From Macrostomum lignano (lineage: Eukaryota): a DNA stretch of 64,000 nt. Location: contig NIVC01000385.1 in NCBI GenBank assembly GCA_002269645.1, positions 248,001-312,000 of the forward strand, given 5' to 3'. The notes beneath the pieces were generated by a model that ran no database searches, was not told the DNA's origin, and was given only the letters and a program-made list of their open reading frames with translations. Each line of letters opens with the position of its first letter. The stretch's first letter is position 1. Shown one piece after another: positions 16,801 to 27,503 of the stretch. Both the position numbers and the translations under genes were made by a program.

Positions 16801-19800
16801 TTGGAATTAATCCCAGATTGCACACAGGTGATCACTGATATGAGTAGATACTGTTTGTAAATAATCCCAGATTGCACACAGGTGATCACTGATATGAGTA
16901 GATTCTGATTGGAATTAATCCCAGATTGCACACAGGTGATCACTGATATGAGTAGATTCTGATTGGGATTAATCCCAGATTGCACACAGGTGATCACTGA
17001 TATGAGTAGATTCTGATTGGGATTAATCCCAGATTACACACAGGTGATCACTGATATGAGTAGATTCTGATTGGAATTAATCCCAGATTGCACACAGGTG
17101 ATCACTGATATGAGTAGATTCTGATTGTGAATAATCCCAGATTGCACACAGGTGATCACTGATATGAGTAGATTCTGATTGGGACTAGTCCCAGATTACA
17201 CACAGGTGATCACTGATATGAGTAGATTCTGATTGGGATTAATCCCAGATTGCACACAGGTGATCACTGATATGAGTAGATTCTGATTGGAATTAATCCC
17301 AGATTGCACACAGGTGATCACTGATATGAGTAGATTCTGATTGGGATTAATCCCAGATTGCACACAGGTGATCACTGATATGAGTAGATTCTGATTGGGA
17401 TTAATCCCAGATTACACACAGGTGATCACTGATATGAGTAGATTCTGATTGGAATTAATCCCAGATTGCACACAGGTGATCACTGATATGAGTAGATTCT
17501 GATTGTGAATAATCCCAGATTGCACACAGGTGATCACTGATATGAGTAGATTCTGATTGGGACTAGTCCCAGATTACACACAGGTGATCACTGATATGAG
17601 TAGATTCTGATTGGGAATAATCCCAGATTACACACAAGGGATAATAATTTGAGTGGATTTTAAACCTCCAAATTGTTACCTCCGCACAGGTGAAGGCAAT
17701 GAGAGAACAGCGAGACCAGGCCGTGCTGGAGCGCGAGTCGGCCGTGGCCCGCCTAGACGATGCCGAAACCGTCTCCGGGATGCCAGGGAGCAGCTGGCTC
17801 GTGCAGCGGCCGCCGCCGACAAGCGCACTACAGAGCTCACAGCAGAGCTGCGAGTGCGCGAGTTTGAACAGGCGAGTCAGCAATTGAACCTGTTGGTCAG
17901 GTCAAAGGAAGGGGGTTCAGGAAAAAATAGCGGCGTCAGCGATAAAAGACCACCTTAAAAGTATAACAATGTTATTCTCGCAACCGAAACATTCAGGATC
18001 GAGCTACTCTGCTACTAAAAGAAGCCAACGCCAAGCTAGAAGAGGCTGCACTGGAGCAGGAGCGGCTGCGAGCCAAGCTACAATCAGCTGAGCAGGAATT
18101 CGCTAAGCTAGAGCAGGCCTCCAGGCGGCACCAGCTGGATCAGCAGGCTAAAATAGATCAGCTGACAGCTAGTCTGGAAGCGTACGAGTCGGCTGAACGA
18201 GAGCTGGATCAGGCTGTGCTGCAAGCAGCCGAGATTGGCAAGCCTGGCGATGATGGCTGCAGTCCGGACCAGGTTTGAGTTATTTGTTATGCTGAGCGGG
18301 TCTGTTTACTGTGTCTGGGATTCCCCTGTGACTGGGATTCCCCTGTGACTGGGATTCCCCTGTGACTGGGATTCCCCTGTGACTGGGATTCCCCTGTGAC
18401 TGAGATTCCCCTGTGACTGGGATTCCCCTTGATTGGGATTCCCCTGTGACAGGATTCCCCTGTGACTGAGATTCCCCTTGATTGGGATTCCCCTGTGACT
18501 GGGATTCCCCTGTGACTGGGATTCCCCCTTGATTGCGATTCCCCTTGATTGGGATTCCCCTTGATTAGGATTCCCCTGTGACTGGGATTCCCCTTGATTG
18601 CGATTCCCCTTGATTGGGATTCCCCTTGATTAGGATTCCCCTGTGACTGGGATTCCACCGTCACTGGAATTCCGCTAAATAGAAGTAATAGCCTGTCCAA
18701 ATTGTTTGTATCCACCGCAGATTATCGCCGCAGGCGTTGCCATGCCAACTACAGCCAGACGGCGACTCCGGCAATCCGTAGAGCTGGCCAAGCGAGTGCT
18801 GCAGCTGGAGCGGCAGTCAGTTGAGCTCAACACCGCTCTGGAGAAGCAGCGCAGCGAGGCTGCCAGATACAAGCGCGAATTTGAACGGCTAGAGGCCACG
18901 CTGTCGGATGCTGAGCAGCCCTACGGCTATTTGGTTGACTCGATTCGGGCTCGCGATGCCGAATTGGAGAAGACTAGGTAAAGGAGATTTTGATTACCTA
19001 ATACCTTGAATCCATGACACTAAGATTTTGAGCAAACAAAAATCAAAGTACAAGCTGTACTTGCTCGTTTAGCAGAGTAAAAAAGTAGATTATTAATTAA
19101 TAATCATAGAGATTAGTAGTGGGAATTAATCGCATTCGCTTAGATAGACTTCAAGTTAAGCTGAATTGGCTTCGGTTAGTACCACTCTTTAAGGCACCAC
19201 TCACGAATCTGTAACCAACTCAGCTGGAACTCAGCTCAGCTCTTAGATCAGCCCAATGAAAATGGTACCCCAGGCCAAGAAGCGCCCCAGAATCACTTGC
19301 GCCCCCCCCCAGAGTCGTTTCAGTATAGTCGACTCTAAACCAACGAGATGTTGCGGTAAAAGTCACCAAAAAGTTGTCAAAAAGTCGCCCAAGAGACTAT
19401 TCGAGTCGTTTAGTGTCTACGACTCTGGGGCCGTAGAATCGTATCTGAGGCGTGCCAGAGACGCTGTAGAATCACTGAGTTGCGTCTAAAGTGCATTTGC
19501 ATCAGTTTATGAATTTGAATCACATTTCGCATTTATAACAACTCTATTTAGTCTACTTGAGAGTCAGCAGAAAGTTAAGCGCTAGCAGAATGACTCTTGG
19601 ACAATTTTTTAGCGATTCGTTTACGATTCTGCAACTCAGTGATGCCCTCGGTGACTCAACAGTCAGTCATTACAGTTACAGCATTAACGTTTGAGTCGTT
19701 AAAAAGTCAAAAGAGTCGCCTAACAGTCGCTAGAGACTCTTCTGGTCACAATAACGCTTTCAACGGGCAGTCCAGTCAAAAGAAGATCGAACGACCAGCA

Positions 19801-20198
19801 TCCGCTGGAGTGTCTATCAAACTGAAGACGCCTGGCACAGTTTCTATGCTAACCCTAACACACTAGTAGTAATAACTTCTACTAAAAGCAGCCAAATTCA
19901 AATCCTGTACAGGCAGCAGCTGTCTGAGGCGGAGGCCCGACTTGAGTCGCTAGCGGTCGATCGGAACCGGCTAGCTGAGGCCAAGAATCGAATGTCGGCA
20001 GATCTGGAACGCCTGTTAGCCCAGCGCGACGAGGTGGCGATGCTGCGAAAGACCGTCGCCGCTATGCAGTCCAAGCGCGTCGGGTCCGGTCGGGTGGCGG
20101 CATCGCGGCCGAGGATCGAGCCTCGCGCTCCCGATTTCGAATTCGAGGATCAGGATGAGCTGAAGCCGAGCCAGCCGTATGCGCTGCACTATTCGTGA
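13883..20198 (+). CDS. PIBF1: Progesterone-induced blocking factor 1 (PIBF1/CEP90) orthologue, 8 exons; apparent 1-nt frameshift in exon 5 and likely GC-AG intron 5
   Basis: Exons 13883-14329, 15002-15259, 15471-15722, 15976-16215, 17690-17871, 17997-18272, 18721-18977 and 19913-20198. Motifs [63 protein letters not shown] and MSADLERLLAQRDE match PIBF1 as I recall it ([36 protein letters not shown]). Confidence 0.92.
14335..14940. repeat. Degenerate 21-22-bp minisatellite (gatcccgatcccaaaatcct..) in PIBF1 intron 1
   Basis: Tandem units start within about 5 nt of the donor at 14330. Confidence 0.92.
16240..17635. repeat. 54-bp minisatellite (gatcactgatatgagtagattctgattgggattaatcccagattgcacacaggt), about 26 units, in PIBF1 intron 4
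   Basis: Highly homogeneous tandem copies; the consensus unit holds the palindrome tgggattaatccca. Confidence 0.97.
18315..18660. repeat. 17-bp minisatellite (ctgggattcccctgtga and variants) in PIBF1 intron 6
   Basis: Direct tandem copies. Confidence 0.93.
19252..19767. mobile_element. CCC...GGG-ended non-autonomous DNA element (CMC/EnSpm-like MITE), copy 1, in PIBF1 intron 7
   Basis: Ends cccaatgaaaatggtacc and taacgctttcaacggg are imperfect inverted repeats, flanked by cag on both sides (3-bp TSD candidate). Body is rich in gactc/gagtcg motifs shared with copies 2 and 3. Confidence 0.65.
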
Positions 20199-21614
20199 CC
20201 TGAGTTTATCATCATCTGTTTTTAGTTAGTTATTATAAAAAGCCTCATTTAGCAGAGTCTGTTAATAGTGATAGCAATAATTGCGGATGGGCTGTTGGGC
20301 GCTAAGCGATATCGTCTCATAACCAGCTAGCGGGAAGGCAGTCCTGTCCATTCCGCTGACCTTTGAACAGTCATACACGCGCTCACGCAGGGTGTACAGC
20401 AACCTATTGTACGTGTATAAAGCGCACACTGCACACAGGCCCCAAAATGAATGTGTTAGAAATCAGGATTGATTCTTAGAAATGAAGCCAAATTACGTAA
20501 CAGCATTAAACTGAATAATCTGAAAGTGGTCGCTGTCCAAACTCATTCAACACATTTAGATTGGGCGTATTATTAGTACTATAAGTAATATTTTGTTTTC
20601 CGATTTATTCATGCCAACCGAATTATTGCATAAACAAGACCGTACTGTGTACGGCGCAGAGCGCAAGATGTTTATAATTCCGTATTGTTTGATATGATAC
20701 AAAATTGACTCAGAATTTTCTCTTTTTTTATTGAACTTTTGTGTAGTTACTTGTATATCAACTCTCCAGCTGCGCTGTGAAATTGCCTGTGTACATCACC
20801 ACATTTGCGTGTAATTTGACTAGGTAATGAGTACTTTTAACAAACTATACTTTTTAAAGTATATACAGCACTCCTATGGTATGAAGTTCTATGATGTACT
20901 TGCGGTTTTTCAATAAATTACATATAGTGCTTTACTAAAGTACATACAGTACTTTCAAAAAGTACACCCTGTATTTTTTAAAGTACATAATGTGCTTTTA
21001 TACAGTACACAGTGTACTTTTTTAAAGTACACAGTGTACTTTTATGAAAGGTTCTCTGAAGTACTGGTTTAGTACAAGTAGTACTTCCATAATAAAGTGC
21101 AGTTCTTCCAGAAAATACCTAAAGAAGTGTCACAAAGTTTATAAAATACTTCTGTAAGTTTTATACGGTTACTATGCTGAAATTTACAGTGGATTCTCAG
21201 GTCCACAAGTGTGATCCACAAGCTATAAAATAGAACATCAGTTAATTTCATAATCGTCAGTAAAATTAATTGGCTGTGTAAAAATGATTTTACATTATAG
21301 CACAATTTTATTTGACGGAATTTTCCTAAGCAAGTTCAAATATTCCGTCCTTCCAAAATGTTATGAGCAGCCAGTAGATGTGCGTATTAGTTTTTTCATA
21401 AACGACATTCCTTACATCACAGACAATTAATGTGTATTAATTAATTGTATTTTTTGCGCAAGTCGCGTCTAAGTTAGCCAAATTTAAATTAAAATGCGTT
21501 TGCTTTAATATTTAAATACTAAATATACTAGACATTCCTGAGTTTGTGTACACTTTTGTTTTATTGGGCAAGTGTTTTTTTCATTCAGTTCATTCAGATG
21601 AACTGAATTCATTC

Positions 21615-22340
21615 AGGTCAGTCAGCTGGGATCTTCACTCTCCTATGTCAGTCAGCTGGGATCTCCAATCTCCTAGATCAGTCAGCTGGGATCTCCACTC
21701 TCCTATGTCAGTCAGCTGGGATCTCCAATCTCCTAGATCAGTCAGCTGGGATCTCCACTCTCCTAGATCAGTCAGCTGGGATCTCCAATCTCCCAGGTCA
21801 GTCAGCTGGGGTCTCCACTCTCTCAGATCAGTCAGCTGGGATCTCCACTCTCCTAGGTCAGTCAGCTGGGATCTCCACTCTCCTAGATCAGTCAGCTGGG
21901 ATCTCCAATCTCCCAGGTCAGTCAGCTGGGGTCTCCACTCTCTCAGATCAGTCAGCTGGGATCTCCACTCTCCTAGGTCAGTCAGCTGGGATCTCCACTC
22001 TCCCAGATCAGTCAGCTGGGATCTCCACTCTCCTAGGTCAGTCAGCTGGGATCTCCACTCTCCCAGATCAGTCAGCTGGGATCTCCACTCTCTCAGATCA
22101 GTCAGCTGGGATCTCCACTCTCCCAGATCAGTCAGCTGGGATCTCCACTCTCCCAGATCAGTCAGCTGGGATCTCCACTCTCCTAGGTCAGTCAGCTGGG
22201 ATCTCCACTCTCCCAGATCAGTCAGCTGGGATCTCCACTCTCCCAGGTCAGTCAGCTGGGATCTCCACTCTCCCAAATCAGTTTAGCTAGGATCTCTCAG
22301 ATCAGTTCAGCTGGGATCTCCACTCTCCCAGGTCAATCAG
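21615..22340. repeat. 30-bp minisatellite (tcagtcagctgggatctccactctcctaga), about 23 units, between PIBF1 and BORCS7
   Basis: Direct tandem copies; source of the SVSWDLHSPR ORF. Confidence 0.96.
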
Positions 22341-22410
22341 CTTAGATATCCCAAATCAAGCATTTTAAAGCATCACTTTGATTAACCTCAATTGAACACA
22401 AGCAGCTGAA

Positions 22411-23375
22411 ATGTTTGACACTGGCAACAATGTTGCATGCATGTCGGGCTCATCAACTGCCCAGCAGTCGTCGCCTAGCAACCAGAAACAACAACAAAAG
22501 CAGCAGCAACAATCCAAACCCAGCGACACATTCAATCGCGAAGCAAAAGATCGGCTTTGCCAACGAACGCAGACATTTCTAGAGGAGTTGAACTCCTTGA
22601 CGCGCAGTTTGTTAAAGAACTCGCGTTCCTCCGAACTTCTGTTGCAGAGCGCTAAAAGTACAGCGGCGTTAGAGACTACAGTGCTGCAAACCTCTGCTAC
22701 GCTGAACAGAGTGGCCCTGGTGACATCTAATTTGGCACTGCAGACTGAGGCTATTGGTAGCGACTTGGCTGTGCTTGACGAGATCAACGATCAGGTTGTG
22801 GCTGTTAGCAGGTAATTGTGTTGTCGAATATTACTTGTTTAGGGGCCGAGTGTTTTTGGTTTGTGCCTAAAGCACTGTCATGTTAAAAACATCATTGCTA
22901 ACAACCCACTAGTGACTCTAGCGACTCTCCAAGCGACTCTTGTGACTTTTTAACGACTCAAACGACTGCAATGCGACAGAGAGGCGACTGTTGTGCACGA
23001 GCGCATCATGCAAGTTGTAGAATCTCGTCCAGGAGTCATGTTAACGTGCCTAACTTTCTAGTAACTCACGTAGACTAAATAGAGTTGCTAGAGATACCAA
23101 GGGCTTTAGATGCAACGCAACTCTGAATCGCTCTAAAGTCGCAGACAGTACAATCGCTTCAAATTGACTCTTAGGCGACTCTTTGACGAATTTAATGACT
23201 ACTTGTACCGTGACATCTCGTTGTTTTAAAGTCGTCTAGAGTCACCTATTTCCTATTTTACCTGTGTTAGCTGCAACAAATCTCAAACGACCCTGGGGCG
23301 ATGCAGGTGACTGGGACGCTTCTTGGCCTGAGATGCCGTTTTCACAGTTCAAATCCTTACAAGAAAAACCTATAG
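22411..23375 (+). CDS. BORCS7: BLOC-1-related complex subunit 7 (BORCS7/C10orf32)
   Basis: ORF 22411-22815 contains LTRSLLKNSRSSELLLQSAK and LNRVALVTSNLALQTEAI, matching BORCS7 as I recall it (LTKQVLKGSRSSELLGQAAR, LRKMAIITTHLQYQQEAI). The C-terminus is ambiguous: unspliced stop at 22815, or splicing from CAG|GT at 22795 (or 22812) to an acceptor at 23270. The 22795 route gives DQ|LQQIS with TAG at 23373-23375. Confidence 0.82.
22905..23260. mobile_element. Truncated copy 2 of the CMC/EnSpm-like MITE family
   Basis: Shares gcgactcttgtgactttttaacgactcaaacgactg and ctaaatagagttg with 23885-24540. Confidence 0.6.
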
Positions 23376-23423
23376 AATTTGAATTATTATTGTTAACTCT
23401 TTAAACATCGTCGCAGGTAAACT

Positions 23424-24746
23424 ATGAGCGGCAAACGGCCCAATATTCTGGTCACCGGCACACCTGGCACAGGTAAATCCACCCTGTGCCAGGAGCTGGC
23501 TAACCGGCTGGCCAGTGTCACGCACGTATGCGTTGGCGAAGTGGCCAAGGCTAATGATTACTTCGACGGCTGGGACGAGGCCACGCAGTGCCACTTTCTA
23601 GACGAGGACCGGCTGCTAGACGACCTGGAAGAGCGACTAGCTGACGGTGGCTGCGTTGTTGATTATCACAGCGCCGAGCTGTTCCCCGAGCGCTGGTTCC
23701 AGGCTGTGTTTGTACTGCGGACAGAGAACTCGCTGCTCTATCAGCGACTGAAGGCGAGGAACTATGCCGAGGCGAAGGTGCAGCAGAATGTGCAGTGCGA
23801 GATTTTCCAGGTTAGTTATTATTAAAGTTTTTGTTAAATAGGTTGGTGTACGATTGGCGATTCGTGTCTTGCTTGTTGAGTCTTCCCGTTGAAAATGTTA
23901 CCGTGACCAGAATCGCTAGAGTCATAGCAGAGTCACTTGGGTGACTCTTGTGACTTTTTTAACAATTCAAACGACTGTAATGCGACTAAGAGGTTTTTGA
24001 GTCGCGAGCGCATCAATTGAGTTGCAGAATCTTAAGAAAGCTAAATAGAGTTGTCAAAAATGCGAAATGCAATTCAAATTCATAAAGTGACGCAGATGTG
24101 CTTTAGACGCAACTCAGTGATTCTACAGCGACTGGCACGTCTCAGTTACGACATTTAGAGAAATTTAAGATCGACTACGAATGCTAAATAAGAATTGTAA
24201 ACCGGCTAAATTTAAGAGCCAATCAGAAGGCGGCAAGGGAGAGAAAGTAAGAAATAATAAGACTGAACTGGACGGAGAAGAAGAGAAAACAGAGTAGACA
24301 GAGACGAGTGCAGATGAACTGAAGAAAACACTAGGAAGTCGCCACACGACTCTACGTCCCCAGAGTCGTTTCAGAGTTGCAGAAAAGACGCCTCAAATGA
24401 ACTCTTAGACGACTCTTTAACGACTTGTGGCTAATTGTGTCGTGGCGTCACGTCATTTTTGAGTCGTCTAAAGTCACTTTTTTCCTATTTTACAAGTGAC
24501 TCTGTGACGCTTTAAGACCTTAGGTACCGTTTTCATCAGGCTGCTTGCGGATATTTGCTTGTTGAGCCTTAGCTTTTTGAGGCTTGCCCAACTTCAACTT
24601 CAACACCATTGCAGACACTCCTAGAGGAAGCTCGCGAGTCCTACAAGCCTGAGATTGTGCACGAGCTGCAGAGCAATGGACCCGACGATCTGGAGGCTAA
24701 CATTGCTCTTATACAGGATTGGCTAGCTAAGAATGGCGGCCTCTGA
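23424..24746 (+). CDS. AK6: Adenylate kinase isoenzyme 6 (CINAP/Fap7), 2 exons
   Basis: Exons 23424-23810 and 24615-24746 (TGA), phase 0 GT-AG. PNILVTGTPGTGKST P-loop, VDYH motif, FPERWF, and NVQCEIFQ|TLLEEARESY..IVHELQSN. Confidence 0.96.
23885..24540. mobile_element. Copy 3 of the CMC/EnSpm-like MITE family, in the AK6 intron, opposite orientation to copy 1
   Basis: cccgttgaaaatgttacc / ggtaccgttttcatcagg is a 14/18 inverted repeat. Internal blocks are reverse complements of 19252-19767 (for example gactgagttgcgtctaaag vs ctttagacgcaactcagtga). Confidence 0.65.
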
Positions 24747-25093
24747 AAAATCACTAATTAATCACTAATTCATCCTTCCCTCTTTAAAATTCTGTAAACT
24801 TTTTCTATTTGAATGGACAATTTTAGCAAGTACGCATGCATTTGATTGTGTGAAATCTTGAACCTACACTGCGCAAGGTTTATGGTAAAAAATACAATAT
24901 GCACTACTGTTTGCAGTAGTACTGTTTGTTTTTTGGTATCTGGAAAGCAGGGGTTGCGTTTATTTTATTTTATTTTCTATATTTAAATTTGAGAAACAAA
25001 ACTCTCAACTTGCCTACTTCTGTTGTGTCATGACAGTAGTATTAATCAGTTTATTTCTTGTTCGTTTTATGATATTCGCATAAGAACGCAACA

Positions 25094-27503
25094 ATGCCGC
25101 GAAATCAAAGCAAACCGGGAGCTGATATTGATGAGGCCGATGCAGCTGAGTCCCCAGTGCCCAGCGAAGATCAGCAGGAAGGTGACGAGCCCGGCTCAGC
25201 CAATGCCAACTCTGATGACAGCGATGACAGCAAAGCAGAAGCAGATGAGGAATCGGGAGAGGCCGATGAGGACAGCGACAACAGCGGTGGCAACGACGAC
25301 GACTCTGACAGCGACGGGGCGGCGACTCCCCCGCCGACGCTGGCCGCAACCCGAGAACGCCGGGCCAAAGCGGGCAGCCGGATGGCTCGCCTGTTGAACG
25401 AGCTGGACGGCGGCGGGGCCAGCGTGCACCAGCAACTGCGTCGTGCCACTCCGCATGGCGACGAAGCCGGAGGTGGCAGCAGCGGCGGGGGTGGCGACGA
25501 TTTCTACGAAACTGTTTATGGCGGCTTCGCCGAGACTGCCAGCGACGCCGACTACGAGGAGGAGAGCTCTGAGTCCGACCAGGTTGACTCCGACTTCGAC
25601 ATCGGCGAGGGCGGAGCTGGCGGCGGCGGCGGCGGCGGGGAAGGCGATGACGACGAAGGCAGCGACGGCGACGATGACGAGGAGTCGACGCGTCGGCGCG
25701 GCGGTCAGCGACGCCGGCTGGTGACGAAGGCCTACAAGGAGCCGGTCCGGCCGACTGCTGCTGCCGGGCCGCCGCCGGCGAAGCGCGGCCGCAAATCGGC
25801 AGCAGCCAACGCCGCCGCCGCCGCTGCTTCGTCAGACGCGAACTCAACGCGAGCCACCCGTCGAGGAGCTGCCGCCGCTGCTGCTGGGCTGAAACTGACA
25901 GCCACCGCCGCTCGTGAACGTCGGTCTCGCGAGGCCCGCGCCTCCGCCGTGGCATCCGTCGCCGCCACCGCCGCCGCTGCCACGGCTGGCCGACGGCCTC
26001 GCCAGTCGACGTCGTCTACGGCCGGCCAAGGCCCAGGCAGGCGAAGATCGGCCGCTTCGAATGCGGCCAACGCTGTGCGCCGCCTGACACAGGAGGAGCT
26101 GCTGGCAGAGGCGCAGCTGACTGAGCAGGTCAACTTGCGCTCGCTGGCGCGCTACCAACGGCTCGAGGTGGAGAAAAAGAAGGCCCGGTCCAGGCAACCG
26201 GTTGCTAGGGGCCCAACTGTTCGATTTGACTCTTATACTACCCGGCTGCTCGACGAGGATGTTGTGCCAGTTGAGGTGAGTATGCGTGAGTTAAGAATCT
26301 AAATTTCTCTAATTTCTCTAATTTCATGAGAGAAAAATCATGAATACCAGATGACTCCCGAAGGTAAACTTTTGCATCTGCTCCCTGTCACTATTACCAT
26401 GTGGTTAGTCAGAGGCACACTTCTTTTCCACCGGCAGATTTTTCCAATCGATAGCAGCAGGCATACTGCTGTGATTTTATTAAGCTAATTAAAAATTTAT
26501 GACTAAGTTATAGGCTCGCCTATTATCTTATCTTATTGTCGGTTCAACTGTCCCTCGCTGATGTACACCAATGTACATCATACTCACTGCCCAAGTGACC
26601 GATCAGTTCACCCACCCCGTCCCCCCATCTCTCGTCCAATCAAATCAATTTTACAAGTGTGAAATAATGGGCGCTCAAAAGCTGTATAGTAGGAGTATGT
26701 TGCGGAGTTGAATAATGGCCAAAACACGAATGCGTGTACAATCTCCATTGTGCCAGAACGGCACGAGTGGCATCACCAGCAAGCAGACTGTGTCGTCTAG
26801 AAGTTAATTGTCAATTGTCCGTTGGTATTTTTACAGCTTCCGTCCTGCTAGGTTAAGGTAGATTTCAATAACGTCTGTCTTGACAAACTTGGTTGGAACA
26901 CTTGTAGAGATCACGCATTTTGTGGATCATTGTCTAAGTCTCTAAGATAACTGAAACAACAGCTCGAACTGCAGAATACTGTTTTAAAACAACAGATCCT
27001 TGATTTTTTAATGCAGAAGTTAACGTTAGCGATGGTCCTTTATGGCTTGTTAAAAACTATTTGGGCTATCAGGTGTTTATTTGAGCTTTGTTTTTGTGCA
27101 CTCCGACCTCCATTTAAGTTGTAAAGCTTAACCATCAGCTTTATTTAATCCCTCGCAGGTCACTGAGGTGAACACAGACACGGGAGACACCGCTCCGAAG
27201 CCAACCCTGGTACTAGAGCCTGACAATGCACCAAACCGTAGGTGCACCAGAAACTTCGTGTCCTTCACGCACCAGGAGACGCTGGCTGCCGGCCTGTCTC
27301 TGAACCGCCGGCCGCCAATGCGGAATCCGTTCTGTCCCATCAGCAACCAGCCCGCTCGCTACTTTGACCCGCTAACGCAGACTCCCTATAGAGACGCCAG
27401 GTCGTTCCGCGTGCTGCGCACTCTGTACGCTATGCACCACGCCACAGGCATTCGACCGGCTGTACTGCTCAAGCAGTACACCCAGGGAGAGCTTATTGTT
27501 TAA
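25094..27503 (+). CDS. VPS72: Vacuolar protein sorting 72 / YL1 (H2A.Z chaperone, SWR1/SRCAP), 2 exons
   Basis: Exons 25094-26275 and 27159-27503, phase 0. RERRAKAGSRMARLL, DQVDSDFDIGE, RLVTKAYKEP, LTQEELLAEAQLTEQVNLRSL and the YL1_C motif CPISNQPARYFDPLTQTPY. Confidence 0.94.

Noticed and set aside
16240-17635. CRISPR-like appearance of the long regular arrays (also 21615-22340, 50400-51120, 61115-62140)
   Set aside because: Units are head-to-tail with no unique spacers, there are no cas genes, and the context is eukaryotic with introns.
25014-25955. 313-aa antisense ORF and other shadow ORFs over VPS72
   Set aside because: Expected by-product of a GC-rich, low-complexity coding exon; no recognisable domain.
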